A stretch of 36,464 bases of DNA from an uncultured Polaribacter sp. Lineage in GTDB: Bacteria; Bacteroidota; Bacteroidia; Flavobacteriales; Flavobacteriaceae. Below, piece by piece: positions 28,822 through 36,464 of this stretch. Below the pieces are notes generated by a model. It ran no database searches and was not told where the DNA came from. It was given only the letters and a program-made list of their open reading frames with translations. Each line of letters opens with the position of its first letter. The stretch's first letter is position 1. A program made the translations under genes and the position numbers. Location: positions 1 through 36,464 of the forward strand of contig CALHCK010000243.1 of assembly GCA_937936695.1 (NCBI GenBank). The letters are read 5' to 3'.

Positions 28822-29568
28822 TTATTTTTTATTAACCTCTTTAATATATTTTTCTAAAGCCATTGTCATAGAAGGTGTTTCTGGTGCAGGAGCTTTTATA
28901 TTACAATTAAAACCAGCATCTGTAACCGCTTTAACTGTAGAATTACCAAATGCAGCAATTCTAGTATTATTTTGTTTAAAGTTAGGAAAGTTTTTTAGTA
29001 AAGATTCTATTCCTGAAGGACTAAAGAACACCAATACATCATAAAAAACATTTTCTAAGTCAGACAAATCACTAACTACTGTTCTGTATAAATCTAAACG
29101 TTTCCAAGTAACTCCAATTTTATCTAACTCTTCAGGAATTAAAGGTTTTAACTTATCTGAACTTGGTAATAAAAACTTTTCTGTTTTGTATTTCTTAATC
29201 AATTTTATTAAGTCAGGAAAAGTTCTGTTACCTACATAAATTTTACGCTTTCTATACACTACATATTTTTGTAAGTAATAAGCTACAGCTTCTGACTGAC
29301 AGAAATACTTCATATCATCAGGAACTTTAAAACGCATTTCTTCAGCAATTTTAAAGAAGTAATCTACCGCATTTCTACTAGTTAAAATAATTGCAGAAAA
29401 ATCTTTTAAATCTACTTTCTGAGCTCTTACCTCTTTTACAGGTATTCCTTCTACATGAATAAAAGATCTAAAATCAATTTTAACTTTTTGTTTATCAGAC
29501 AAATCAAAATAAGGAGATGTTTCTGTCTTTGGTGCAGGTTGCGATACTAATATCGTTTTCACTTTCAT
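28822..29568 (-). CDS. hemD: Uroporphyrinogen-III synthase (Bacteroidota type)
   Basis: ILVSQPAP, IILTSRNAVD, LYRTV, FFSPSGI. Confidence 0.88.
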   Translation of the reverse strand: MKVKTILVSQPAPKTETSPYFDLSDKQKVKIDFRSFIHVEGIPVKEVRAQKVDLKDFSAIILTSRNAVDYFFKIAEEMRFKVPDDMKYFCQSEAVAYYLQKYVVYRKRKIYVGNRTFPDLIKLIKKYKTEKFLLPSSDKLKPLIPEELDKIGVTWKRLDLYRTVVSDLSDLENVFYDVLVFFSPSGIESLLKNFPNFKQNNTRIAAFGNSTVKAVTDAGFNCNIKAPAPETPSMTMALEKYIKEVNKK

Positions 29569-29586
29569 ACGCTTTCTATTTTTAAT

Positions 29587-30228
29587 TTAAAACATCAATT
29601 TAAATAATATAAATAGGGGGGCTATTTCAAACGCGCAAAGGTATAAAAAAAAGTAAAACAATTTATTAAAAACTAGTTTTTTATTGTTTCTAACATGTAA
29701 AACAAATCTAATAACAAACAATAACACAGCTAAGTATAATAAAAAAACCGTATTTAAAATTGAATACTCTGTAAGAATAACTCCTACATACAGTAAAAAA
29801 CATACAGAATACAAATAGCTAGATTTTGCTACTAAAAAAAACTTTATTTCTTTTTTAATTAAAAAAAGTACAGACAACAAATACTCTAACAATCTTTTTA
29901 AAACAAAGTAACTGAGAATAATTAAAAAAAAGAAAAGAAAACGATATCCTCCTTCATCTAAATCTAACGTTAACAGAAAAGATAATTTGTAAATTACACA
30001 TGTTAAAACAGTAACACTAAATAAAAAAACAACTGTTTTAAAAGGAGTTACAATGGTTATTGCATCTTCATTTTCTTCTTCTAAAACACCTCTTAAAAAT
30101 AAAGCAAGCGCACTTGTTTTTAACTTTTTTGCATTCATCATTTTTAAAAAAAACACACTTAATAATAAGCATACCAATAAAATGGTAAACCAATAATTAT
30201 TAATAGCTATTTTTTCTAACGCTTGCAC
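29587..30228 (-). CDS. DUF4271 family membrane protein
   Basis: Multiple TMs, FYFFLYLCAFEIAP; GTG start. Confidence 0.85.
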   Translation of the reverse strand: MQALEKIAINNYWFTILLVCLLLSVFFLKMMNAKKLKTSALALFLRGVLEEENEDAITIVTPFKTVVFLFSVTVLTCVIYKLSFLLTLDLDEGGYRFLFFFLIILSYFVLKRLLEYLLSVLFLIKKEIKFFLVAKSSYLYSVCFLLYVGVILTEYSILNTVFLLYLAVLLFVIRFVLHVRNNKKLVFNKLFYFFLYLCAFEIAPLFILFKLMF

Positions 30229-30250
30229 TTATACTTGTTTTAGATTAACA

Positions 30251-30280
30251 CAAAATTAGTAATTAATTAGTGTATATTTG
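30251..30280. promoter_or_regulatory. Back-to-back divergent -7 elements
   Basis: TAATTTTG (minus, 30258-30251) and TATATTTG (plus, 30273-30280). Confidence 0.6.
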
Positions 30281-30307
30281 TGTTTCTTACTACATGAAAT
30301 TTTATTT

Positions 30308-31030
30308 ATGTCAGACACGTTAGTCATTATTCCTACTTATAACGAAAAAGAAAACATAGAAGCTATTATTAAAGCTGTTTTTAATGAAGACAAAGTATTT
30401 CATGTTTTAGTAGTAGATGACAACTCTCCTGACGGTACAGCTACTATTGTAAAAAATTTAATGACTGTATTTCCTGAAAAACTTTTTTTAGAAAAAAGAC
30501 AAGGCAAAAATGGCTTAGGCACCGCATATATACATGGTTTTAAATGGGCATTAAAAAAACAATATAACTATGTAATAGAAATGGATGCTGATTTTTCTCA
30601 CAATCCAAAAGATTTGGTTCGTTTATACAATGCATGCGCTAAAGAGGGTGCAGATGTTTCTGTAGGTTCTAGATACGTAAACAATCAGGTAAATGTAGTT
30701 AACTGGGATATAAAAAGATTATTACTATCTTATTTTGCATCTAAATATGTTCGCTTAATAACTAGAATACCTCTTTTTGATACTACTGCGGGTTTCGTTT
30801 GTTGGAATAGTAAAGTTTTAAAAACAATAAAATTAGATAAAATTAGATTTATTGGTTACGCGTTTCAAATAGAAATGAAATTTAAAGCGTGGAAACATCA
30901 ATTTAAAATAAAAGAAGTGTCTGTAATTTTTACAGATAGAAGTTTAGGCGCTTCTAAAATGAGTGGCAACATAATATCTGAAGCACTTTTAGGTGTAATA
31001 AAAATGAAATTAAAAGGATTACCAAAATAA
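30308..31030 (+). CDS. Polyprenol monophosphomannose synthase (GT2, DPM1-like)
   Basis: IIPTYNEKEN, VDDNSPDGT, EMDADFSH, GSRY. ATG 30308 is preferred because the track start lies in the promoter. Confidence 0.93.
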   Translation: MSDTLVIIPTYNEKENIEAIIKAVFNEDKVFHVLVVDDNSPDGTATIVKNLMTVFPEKLFLEKRQGKNGLGTAYIHGFKWALKKQYNYVIEMDADFSHNPKDLVRLYNACAKEGADVSVGSRYVNNQVNVVNWDIKRLLLSYFASKYVRLITRIPLFDTTAGFVCWNSKVLKTIKLDKIRFIGYAFQIEMKFKAWKHQFKIKEVSVIFTDRSLGASKMSGNIISEALLGVIKMKLKGLPK

Positions 31031-31038
31031 ACAAATAG

Positions 31039-32376
31039 ATGAGCTCTTATTTAATAAAAAATGCAAAAATAGTTAACGAAAACAATGTTTTTTCGGGTGA
31101 CATTCTTATTGAAAATGAAATAATTACAAAAATTGCATCAGAAATAGAGGCAACAAATGCTACTGAGGTTATTAATGCTAATGGTAAATTTTTAATACCT
31201 GGTTTTATAGATGATCAGGTACATTTTAGAGAGCCTGGTTTAACGCATAAAGCAAATATTGCTACAGAAAGTAGAGCTGCTGCTGCTGGTGGTATTACTA
31301 CATTTATAGAAATGCCAAATACAGTACCGCAAGCAACAACTCAAGATTTATTAGAAGATAAATTTTCTATAGCTGCTAAAGATTCTTACGTAAACTACTC
31401 ATTTATGTTTGGGGGTACTAATGATAATTTGGAAGAATTACTAAAAACAGATCCTAAAAAAGTTGCCGGAATTAAATTGTTCTTGGGTTCTTCTACAGGT
31501 AACATGTTAGTAGATGACCAAGCTGTTTTAGAAAAGATTTTTTCTTCTACAGATATGATTATTTCTGTACATTGTGAAGATGAAGCTACTATCAGAAAAA
31601 ACACACAAGAATACAAAGACAAATACGGAGATGATATTCCTGTAAAATACCATCCTATTATTAGAAGTGAAGAAGCTTGTTATTTATCATCTTCTAAGGC
31701 TATTGAATTAGCTAAAAAAACAGGAGCTAGATTACACGTTTTTCATTTATCAACAGCAAAAGAAACTTCTCTTTTTAGAAATGACATTCCTTTAGAAGAA
31801 AAGAAAATTACTGCCGAAGTTTGTATACATCACCTATGGTTTTCTGATAAAGATTACGAAGAAAAAGGAACACATATTAAATGGAATCCGGCGGTAAAAA
31901 CAGAAAACGACAGATTGGGATTGTGGGAAGCTTTGTTAGATGATAGAATTGATGTGCTTGCTACAGACCATGCTCCTCATACAATAGAAGAAAAAGACAA
32001 CGTGTATACTAAAGCACCAAGTGGTGGCCCTTTAGTACAACATGCGGTTACAGCTATTTTAGAGAAAGTTAAAGAAGGTGTTATTTCTATTGAAAAAGCA
32101 GTAGAAAAAATGAGCCATAACCCTGCAAAGTTGTTCCAAATAGAAAAAAGAGGGTTTATAAAAGAAGGCTATTATGCAGATTTAGTTTTAATTGATGCAG
32201 AAAAACCTCAGATAGTATCTAAAGATAATATTTTATACAAATGTGGTTGGTCTCCTTTTGAAGGAACTACTTTTTCATCTACAATTACGCATACTTTTGT
32301 TAATGGAAACTTAGTATATAACAATGGTGTTTTTAATGAAAATATAAGAGGAAAACGCCTTACTTTTAATCGTTAA
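31039..32376 (+). CDS. pyrC: Dihydroorotase
   Basis: DDQVHFREPG, EMPNT, HCED, KWNP, ATDHAPH, KCGWSPF. Confidence 0.92.
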   Translation: MSSYLIKNAKIVNENNVFSGDILIENEIITKIASEIEATNATEVINANGKFLIPGFIDDQVHFREPGLTHKANIATESRAAAAGGITTFIEMPNTVPQATTQDLLEDKFSIAAKDSYVNYSFMFGGTNDNLEELLKTDPKKVAGIKLFLGSSTGNMLVDDQAVLEKIFSSTDMIISVHCEDEATIRKNTQEYKDKYGDDIPVKYHPIIRSEEACYLSSSKAIELAKKTGARLHVFHLSTAKETSLFRNDIPLEEKKITAEVCIHHLWFSDKDYEEKGTHIKWNPAVKTENDRLGLWEALLDDRIDVLATDHAPHTIEEKDNVYTKAPSGGPLVQHAVTAILEKVKEGVISIEKAVEKMSHNPAKLFQIEKRGFIKEGYYADLVLIDAEKPQIVSKDNILYKCGWSPFEGTTFSSTITHTFVNGNLVYNNGVFNENIRGKRLTFNR

Positions 32377-32377
32377 C

Positions 32378-32842
32378 ATGAAAAAAATAAGCTGCTTTTT
32401 AATTCTAATTGGTCTATTTTCTTGCACAAGTAATACCATTTTTGAAAAACCTAAAAATTTGATACCTAAAGACACTATGAGTCTTTTACTTGAAGATTTA
32501 ATGGTTGCTTCTGCAGCAAAATTTCATAACAACAAACTAAAGGAGTCTAATGTAAACTACGCTCCTTTAGTTTATAAAAAATATAAAATAGATAGTGTTC
32601 GTTTTAAAATAAGCAACGATTATTATGTAACGGTAATAGATACTTATAAAGAAATTTTAGAAGACACAAAAAAGAGTTTAGAAACTAAAGAAAGAAAATA
32701 CTCAAAAATTCAAATGAAATTAGACTCTATTAAAGATGAGATTTTTCAGGATTCTATTAAAAGAATGCTAGTATTAGATTCTATAAAGGCAGATTCTATT
32801 GAAAAACTAAGAATTAAAAAAGCTTCTATTCCAAAAATTTAG
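32378..32842 (+). CDS. DUF4296 family lipoprotein
   Basis: Lipobox LFSC, KPKNLIPKDTM, KYKIDSVRFKISNDYY. Confidence 0.85.
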   Translation: MKKISCFLILIGLFSCTSNTIFEKPKNLIPKDTMSLLLEDLMVASAAKFHNNKLKESNVNYAPLVYKKYKIDSVRFKISNDYYVTVIDTYKEILEDTKKSLETKERKYSKIQMKLDSIKDEIFQDSIKRMLVLDSIKADSIEKLRIKKASIPKI

Positions 32843-33833
32843 TATAATTTTTACAAGCTCTATTTACAACATCGTTTATAGTTTCAAACTTAAAACCTAA
32901 GCTTTCTTCTATTTTTTTTGAAGAATACTTAGACACAGAATGACCACTTTTTGCAGCATATTTACTAAAAACAGTAGCAGAATTTGTTATCTTAGATAAA
33001 AGCCAAGACACCCTCCATAAAATAGCAGTTTGATACGGTTTGATTTTAAAACTTGGTCTTTTTTTCTGAAAAGCGTCAGCAATTAAAAAGAACACATCTT
33101 TAAAAGATTTGTTTTCTGACACTAAAATAAATCGCTCATTTTTAATATCAGAATCCATTAATAAAATCATTGCTTTTACAACATCTTTTACCCCTACAAA
33201 ACCTGTAACCCCTTCTGTATAAAAATTAAATCCTTTATAGATTTTAGAAATTATTTTGCCAGAACCAGTAGCAAATAATCCACTACCTAAAATAACTCCT
33301 GGATTTACAACCACCACTTTTACACCTTCTTGACTCGCACGCCAAATTTCCATTTCGGCACCAAATTTAGTTATTGAATACCAGCTATTATCAGCCTCTT
33401 TATTCCATTCATTTTCTTCGGTAATCAAGTCTCCTTTTAAAGAATTTCCAATAGACGCAATAGAACTTACAAAACAAATTTTATCAATTTTAGCATCAAT
33501 AGCAAGGTTAACCACAATTGCTGTACCGTGTATATTTACCTTTCTCATTTCTTTATAATCCTTAGCATCAAAAGAAATTAGAGCTGCACAATGATACAGT
33601 TGTTTTATGCCTATAAATGCAGGAATCATAGCTGGCACATCTGTAATATCTGCTTTAAACCACTCTATTTTAGTTAGTAAAGATGCGTCTTTTGTGTAAT
33701 AAGAAAACACTTCTTCTGTTTTTTTTATAGATTTTTCATCTCTATAAATAGCTCGTATTTTTTTTTCTGACTTTGCTAAAAAATACAATAAATGTGCCCC
33801 TACTAAACCTGTACCACCTGTAACTAAAATCAT
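32826..33833 (-). CDS. NAD-dependent epimerase/dehydratase (extended SDR)
   Basis: TGGTGLVG, HCAA, YSITK, NPGVILG. Confidence 0.92.
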   Translation of the reverse strand: MILVTGGTGLVGAHLLYFLAKSEKKIRAIYRDEKSIKKTEEVFSYYTKDASLLTKIEWFKADITDVPAMIPAFIGIKQLYHCAALISFDAKDYKEMRKVNIHGTAIVVNLAIDAKIDKICFVSSIASIGNSLKGDLITEENEWNKEADNSWYSITKFGAEMEIWRASQEGVKVVVVNPGVILGSGLFATGSGKIISKIYKGFNFYTEGVTGFVGVKDVVKAMILLMDSDIKNERFILVSENKSFKDVFFLIADAFQKKRPSFKIKPYQTAILWRVSWLLSKITNSATVFSKYAAKSGHSVSKYSSKKIEESLGFKFETINDVVNRACKNYTKFLE

Positions 33834-33896
33834 ACTACGAATTTAGTATATTTTGCTTGATAAACTTATATTTGCCAACTGATAAACTTGACTATA

Positions 33897-35189
33897 ATGA
33901 AAAATTTTATTGAAGAATTAAAATGGAGGGGAATGCTACACGACAGCATGCCTACAACAGAAGAACACTTATTAGAAAGTATGAGAAGTGCTTATGTTGG
34001 CTTTGATCCTACTTCAGATTCTTTACATATTGGTAATTTAGTGCCTATTATGCTATTGGCTCATTTTCAAAGATGCGGACATCAACCTATTGCTTTAGTA
34101 GGTGGTGCTACAGGTATGATTGGAGATCCTTCAGGAAAATCGTCTGAACGTAATTTATTAGACGAAAAAACACTACGCCACAATCAAGAAGCTATAAAAG
34201 CACAATTAAGTCATTTTTTAGACTTTACTTCTAACGCAGACAATGCTGCTGTTTTAGTAAATAATTACGATTGGATGAAAGATTTTTCTTTCTTAGAATT
34301 TATTAGAGATATAGGTAAACACATTTCTGTAAATTACATGATGGCTAAAGATTCTGTAAAAAACAGAATTGGATCTGAGTCTAAAGAAGGAATGTCTTTT
34401 ACAGAGTTTACATATCAATTAGTACAAGGTTATGATTTTTTACACCTATACCAAAACAATAATGCATCTATACAAATGGGTGGTTCTGATCAGTGGGGAA
34501 ACATTACCACAGGTACAGAATTAATTAGAAGAATTGGTGGTGGTAAAGGGTATGCAATTACTTGCCCGTTAATTACAAAATCTGATGGTTCTAAATTTGG
34601 AAAATCTGAAGGAGGAAATGTATGGTTAGATGCTAAAAGAACTTCTCCTTATAAATTTTACCAATATTGGCTAAATGCTTCTGATGAAGATGCTGAAAAA
34701 TATATAAAAATATTTACTTTTTTAGAAAAAGCTACTGTTGACGCTTTAATTACAGAGCACAAAGAAGCACCGCATATGCGTTTGTTACAGAAAAGAATAG
34801 GAGAAGAAGTTACTTTGTTAGTACATGGTAAAGATGCTTATGAAAATGCAATTAAAGCATCTAATATTTTATTTGGAAAATCTACAGCATCTGATTTAAA
34901 ATCTTTAGACGAACAAACTTTTTTAGATGTATTTGATGGTGTGCCACAAGCAACTGTTACTACTACTGATATTGAAGAAGGATTAGATATGATTGGAGCT
35001 TTAGCAGCAAAAACTAATTTCTTAAAATCTAATGGTGATGCAAGAAGGGCTTTAAAAGAAAATGCCATTTCTGTTAATAAAGAAAAAGTAAAAGATGATT
35101 TTACAATTTCTAAAGAAGACTTAATTGCAGATAAATATGTACTACTACAACGTGGTAAAAAAACATACTACTTGTTAAAAGTTGAATAA
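33897..35189 (+). CDS. tyrS: Tyrosine-tRNA ligase
   Basis: [29 protein letters not shown]4-like C-terminus. ATG 33897; TATATTTG at 33867-33874. Confidence 0.99.
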   Translation: MKNFIEELKWRGMLHDSMPTTEEHLLESMRSAYVGFDPTSDSLHIGNLVPIMLLAHFQRCGHQPIALVGGATGMIGDPSGKSSERNLLDEKTLRHNQEAIKAQLSHFLDFTSNADNAAVLVNNYDWMKDFSFLEFIRDIGKHISVNYMMAKDSVKNRIGSESKEGMSFTEFTYQLVQGYDFLHLYQNNNASIQMGGSDQWGNITTGTELIRRIGGGKGYAITCPLITKSDGSKFGKSEGGNVWLDAKRTSPYKFYQYWLNASDEDAEKYIKIFTFLEKATVDALITEHKEAPHMRLLQKRIGEEVTLLVHGKDAYENAIKASNILFGKSTASDLKSLDEQTFLDVFDGVPQATVTTTDIEEGLDMIGALAAKTNFLKSNGDARRALKENAISVNKEKVKDDFTISKEDLIADKYVLLQRGKKTYYLLKVE

Positions 35190-35193
35190 AAAC

Positions 35194-35230
35194 AAAAAAG
35201 AGCCGAAAAACAAAATTCGGCTCTTTTTTT
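35194..35230. terminator. Bidirectional terminator between tyrS and the YHS genes
   Basis: AAAAAAGAGCCGAA-N8-TTCGGCTCTTTTTT. Confidence 0.88.
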
Positions 35231-35251
35231 ATCTAAAATCAAAAATATATT

Positions 35252-35689
35252 TTACTTTTTATTGGAAGCATTCCAATTTTCATCAGCTTTCTTTTTTAAA
35301 TCTTCTGCACCTTCACTTTTCCAAGATTTTAATGTATTTGTTCCCCAAGCATTGTAAAACAAATAAAGTTTATTGTCTCTAACTTCAAATGTTTTTGGGT
35401 TAATACCTACCTTTTTACCGCTTTTTCCAATGGCATACGCACAGTACCCTCCGTATTGAGGTAAATACTTTTCAGGATCTTTTTTAAACGTTTCTAAGTT
35501 TTTAGCCGATGTAAATTTTAATTTTAACCCTTCGTGTTCTAAAACAAACTTTTTACTACCTTCTTCTGCTTTATTATCAAAATAAGCAACAACATCATAA
35601 CCTTCTGCTACAAAACCTTTTTTTAAATTGTGTACCTGGGCATAGCCAGAAAACGCAACAATAAATATTATTAATACTATCTTTTTCAT
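35252..35689 (-). CDS. Secreted YHS-domain (seleno)protein family member, Cys form
   Basis: Signal peptide, GYDVVAYF, PEKYLPQYGGYCAYA, KLYLFYN. Confidence 0.88.
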   Translation of the reverse strand: MKKIVLIIFIVAFSGYAQVHNLKKGFVAEGYDVVAYFDNKAEEGSKKFVLEHEGLKLKFTSAKNLETFKKDPEKYLPQYGGYCAYAIGKSGKKVGINPKTFEVRDNKLYLFYNAWGTNTLKSWKSEGAEDLKKKADENWNASNKK

Positions 35690-35695
35690 AATTTA

Positions 35696-36151
35696 TTAGT
35701 CTTTTTTATGTTTTAATATTTCCCAATTTACATCTCCTTTTTTCTGTAAAGCAGGAGTATCTTCTTCTTTCCAATCTTCTAACTTATTCCAAAAAAAAGA
35801 ATTGAAAAACAAATATAATTTACCGTCTCTAATATCGTATGCCTCAGCATCTATATCCATTTTAGAATTTTTAGCAGCTATTGCGTAGGCACAATAACCA
35901 CCATATTGCGGCATATATTTTTCTGGATTTTTTTTAAAAATCGCTAAGTTTTCAGCAGATACAAATTTAAGTTTTACACCGTTTATAGTTGTCTCAAATT
36001 TCTTACTACCCTCTAAAGGTTTTTCTTGTGTAAAGTAAGTTACCAAATCATACCCTTCTGCTAAATAGCCTTCATCTGTATTGTAATCTATTTGCTGAGA
36101 AAAAATAGTAGCACTTACTATTAAAAATAAAAAAGTTGCAATATATTTCAT
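35696..36151 (-). CDS. Secreted YHS-domain (seleno)protein family member, Cys form (tandem paralog)
   Basis: Signal peptide, GYDLVTYF, PEKYMPQYGGYCAYA, GKLYLFFN. Confidence 0.88.
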   Translation of the reverse strand: MKYIATFLFLIVSATIFSQQIDYNTDEGYLAEGYDLVTYFTQEKPLEGSKKFETTINGVKLKFVSAENLAIFKKNPEKYMPQYGGYCAYAIAAKNSKMDIDAEAYDIRDGKLYLFFNSFFWNKLEDWKEEDTPALQKKGDVNWEILKHKKD

Positions 36152-36181
36152 GTATTAGAGTTTTTAACAGCCTTTTATTCT

Positions 36182-36207
36182 GTCGAAAAAAACCAATAGA
36201 CATTACA
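36182..36207 (-). promoter_or_regulatory. Candidate ECF-sigma promoter for the YHS pair
   Basis: TGTAAT-N16-CGAC on the minus strand; the -35 overlaps the upstream stop codon. Confidence 0.5.
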
Positions 36208-36463
36208 ACACCATTAAATTACAACCACGTATATCAGAATTATCAAAACGTCCTATAACCTCAAAAGTAGCATCTAAATTTACTTTCCCTAAATCTTGTG
36301 TTGCAATAAAAGAACAAGAATTATAGTTGGCTAAATCAATTACATTTATACCTCCTGTTTTGCCTTGTTGTTGAACTGTAAGCGCGTCTTCTGTATCTCT
36401 TGTTAAAATTTTCATCCAAGGAGGAGTGTTAAAAACACCATTTCCGTTAGAATACCCTTGACT
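36203..36463 (-). CDS. C-terminus of a LuxE-family acyl-protein synthetase / acyl transferase (truncated by the window edge)
   Basis: Frame open to the edge: SQGYSNGNGVFNTPPWMKILTRD...IDLANYNSCSFIATQDLG...GRFDNSDIRGCNL. Confidence 0.82.
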   Translation of the reverse strand, partial: SQGYSNGNGVFNTPPWMKILTRDTEDALTVQQQGKTGGINVIDLANYNSCSFIATQDLGKVNLDATFEVIGRFDNSDIRGCNLMVL

Positions 36464-36464
36464 C

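Noticed and set aside
32716-32810. Repeated DSI(K/E) units at the DUF4296 C-terminus
   Set aside because: Low-complexity helical tail common in Bacteroidota lipoproteins; not a regular DNA array.
33834-33896. T-box leader for tyrS
   Set aside because: The leader is about 20 nt; no T-box structure.
11632-35382. Remaining short alternative-frame or antisense ORFs (11632, 18115, 18912, 24617, 25439, 26531, 26834, 26849, 27483, 31395, 34838, 35182)
   Set aside because: They overlap well-supported genes or terminators and have no recognisable protein features.
35252-36151. Selenocysteine recoding in the YHS proteins
   Set aside because: The motif Cys is encoded by TGT in both genes; no in-frame TGA.
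1-36464. CRISPR arrays, IS elements, prophage, tRNA/rRNA
   Set aside because: No repeat-spacer arrays, transposase/integrase/phage ORFs or tRNA/rRNA-like sequence seen.

Overview
AT-rich chromosomal window from a marine Flavobacteriaceae-type bacterium (Bacteroidota; Polaribacter/Tenacibaculum-like by gene content and TAnnTTTG promoters). It is mostly core genome. In order: 3' part of sprA, gcvH, VanZ-like, TonB, MORN-like secreted protein, dodecin, mscS, tsaB, an orphan TolC, a cytochrome c oxidase subunit III/IV and assembly cluster with cyoE, a TonB-domain/RemB-like outer-membrane protein, a sugar N-acetyltransferase, a second TonB, DUF3109, a flavoprotein, glmS-DUF4270-glgA-like, panC-panD-YbhN-like, radA, hemD-DUF4271, polyprenol-P-mannose synthase-pyrC-DUF4296, an epimerase, tyrS, two YHS paralogs and the end of a LuxE-like gene. 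I saw no IS, prophage, CRISPR, tRNA or rRNA. The most interesting signals are non-coding: (1) a candidate ~75-nt sRNA at 15423-15498 with its own promoter and terminator, whose unpaired middle is antisense to a generic 'A-rich leader + AUG AAA AAG' start region; (2) a Flavo-1-like structured element at 27164-27262 that sits in a local shift of synonymous codon usage; (3) three genes with identical promoter-N4-ATG geometry (candidate leaderless mRNAs); (4) matching ECF-type promoters before tolC and the YHS pair; (5) an 11-bp-phased four-repeat operator array. All family calls are from motif recognition only; no searches were run.
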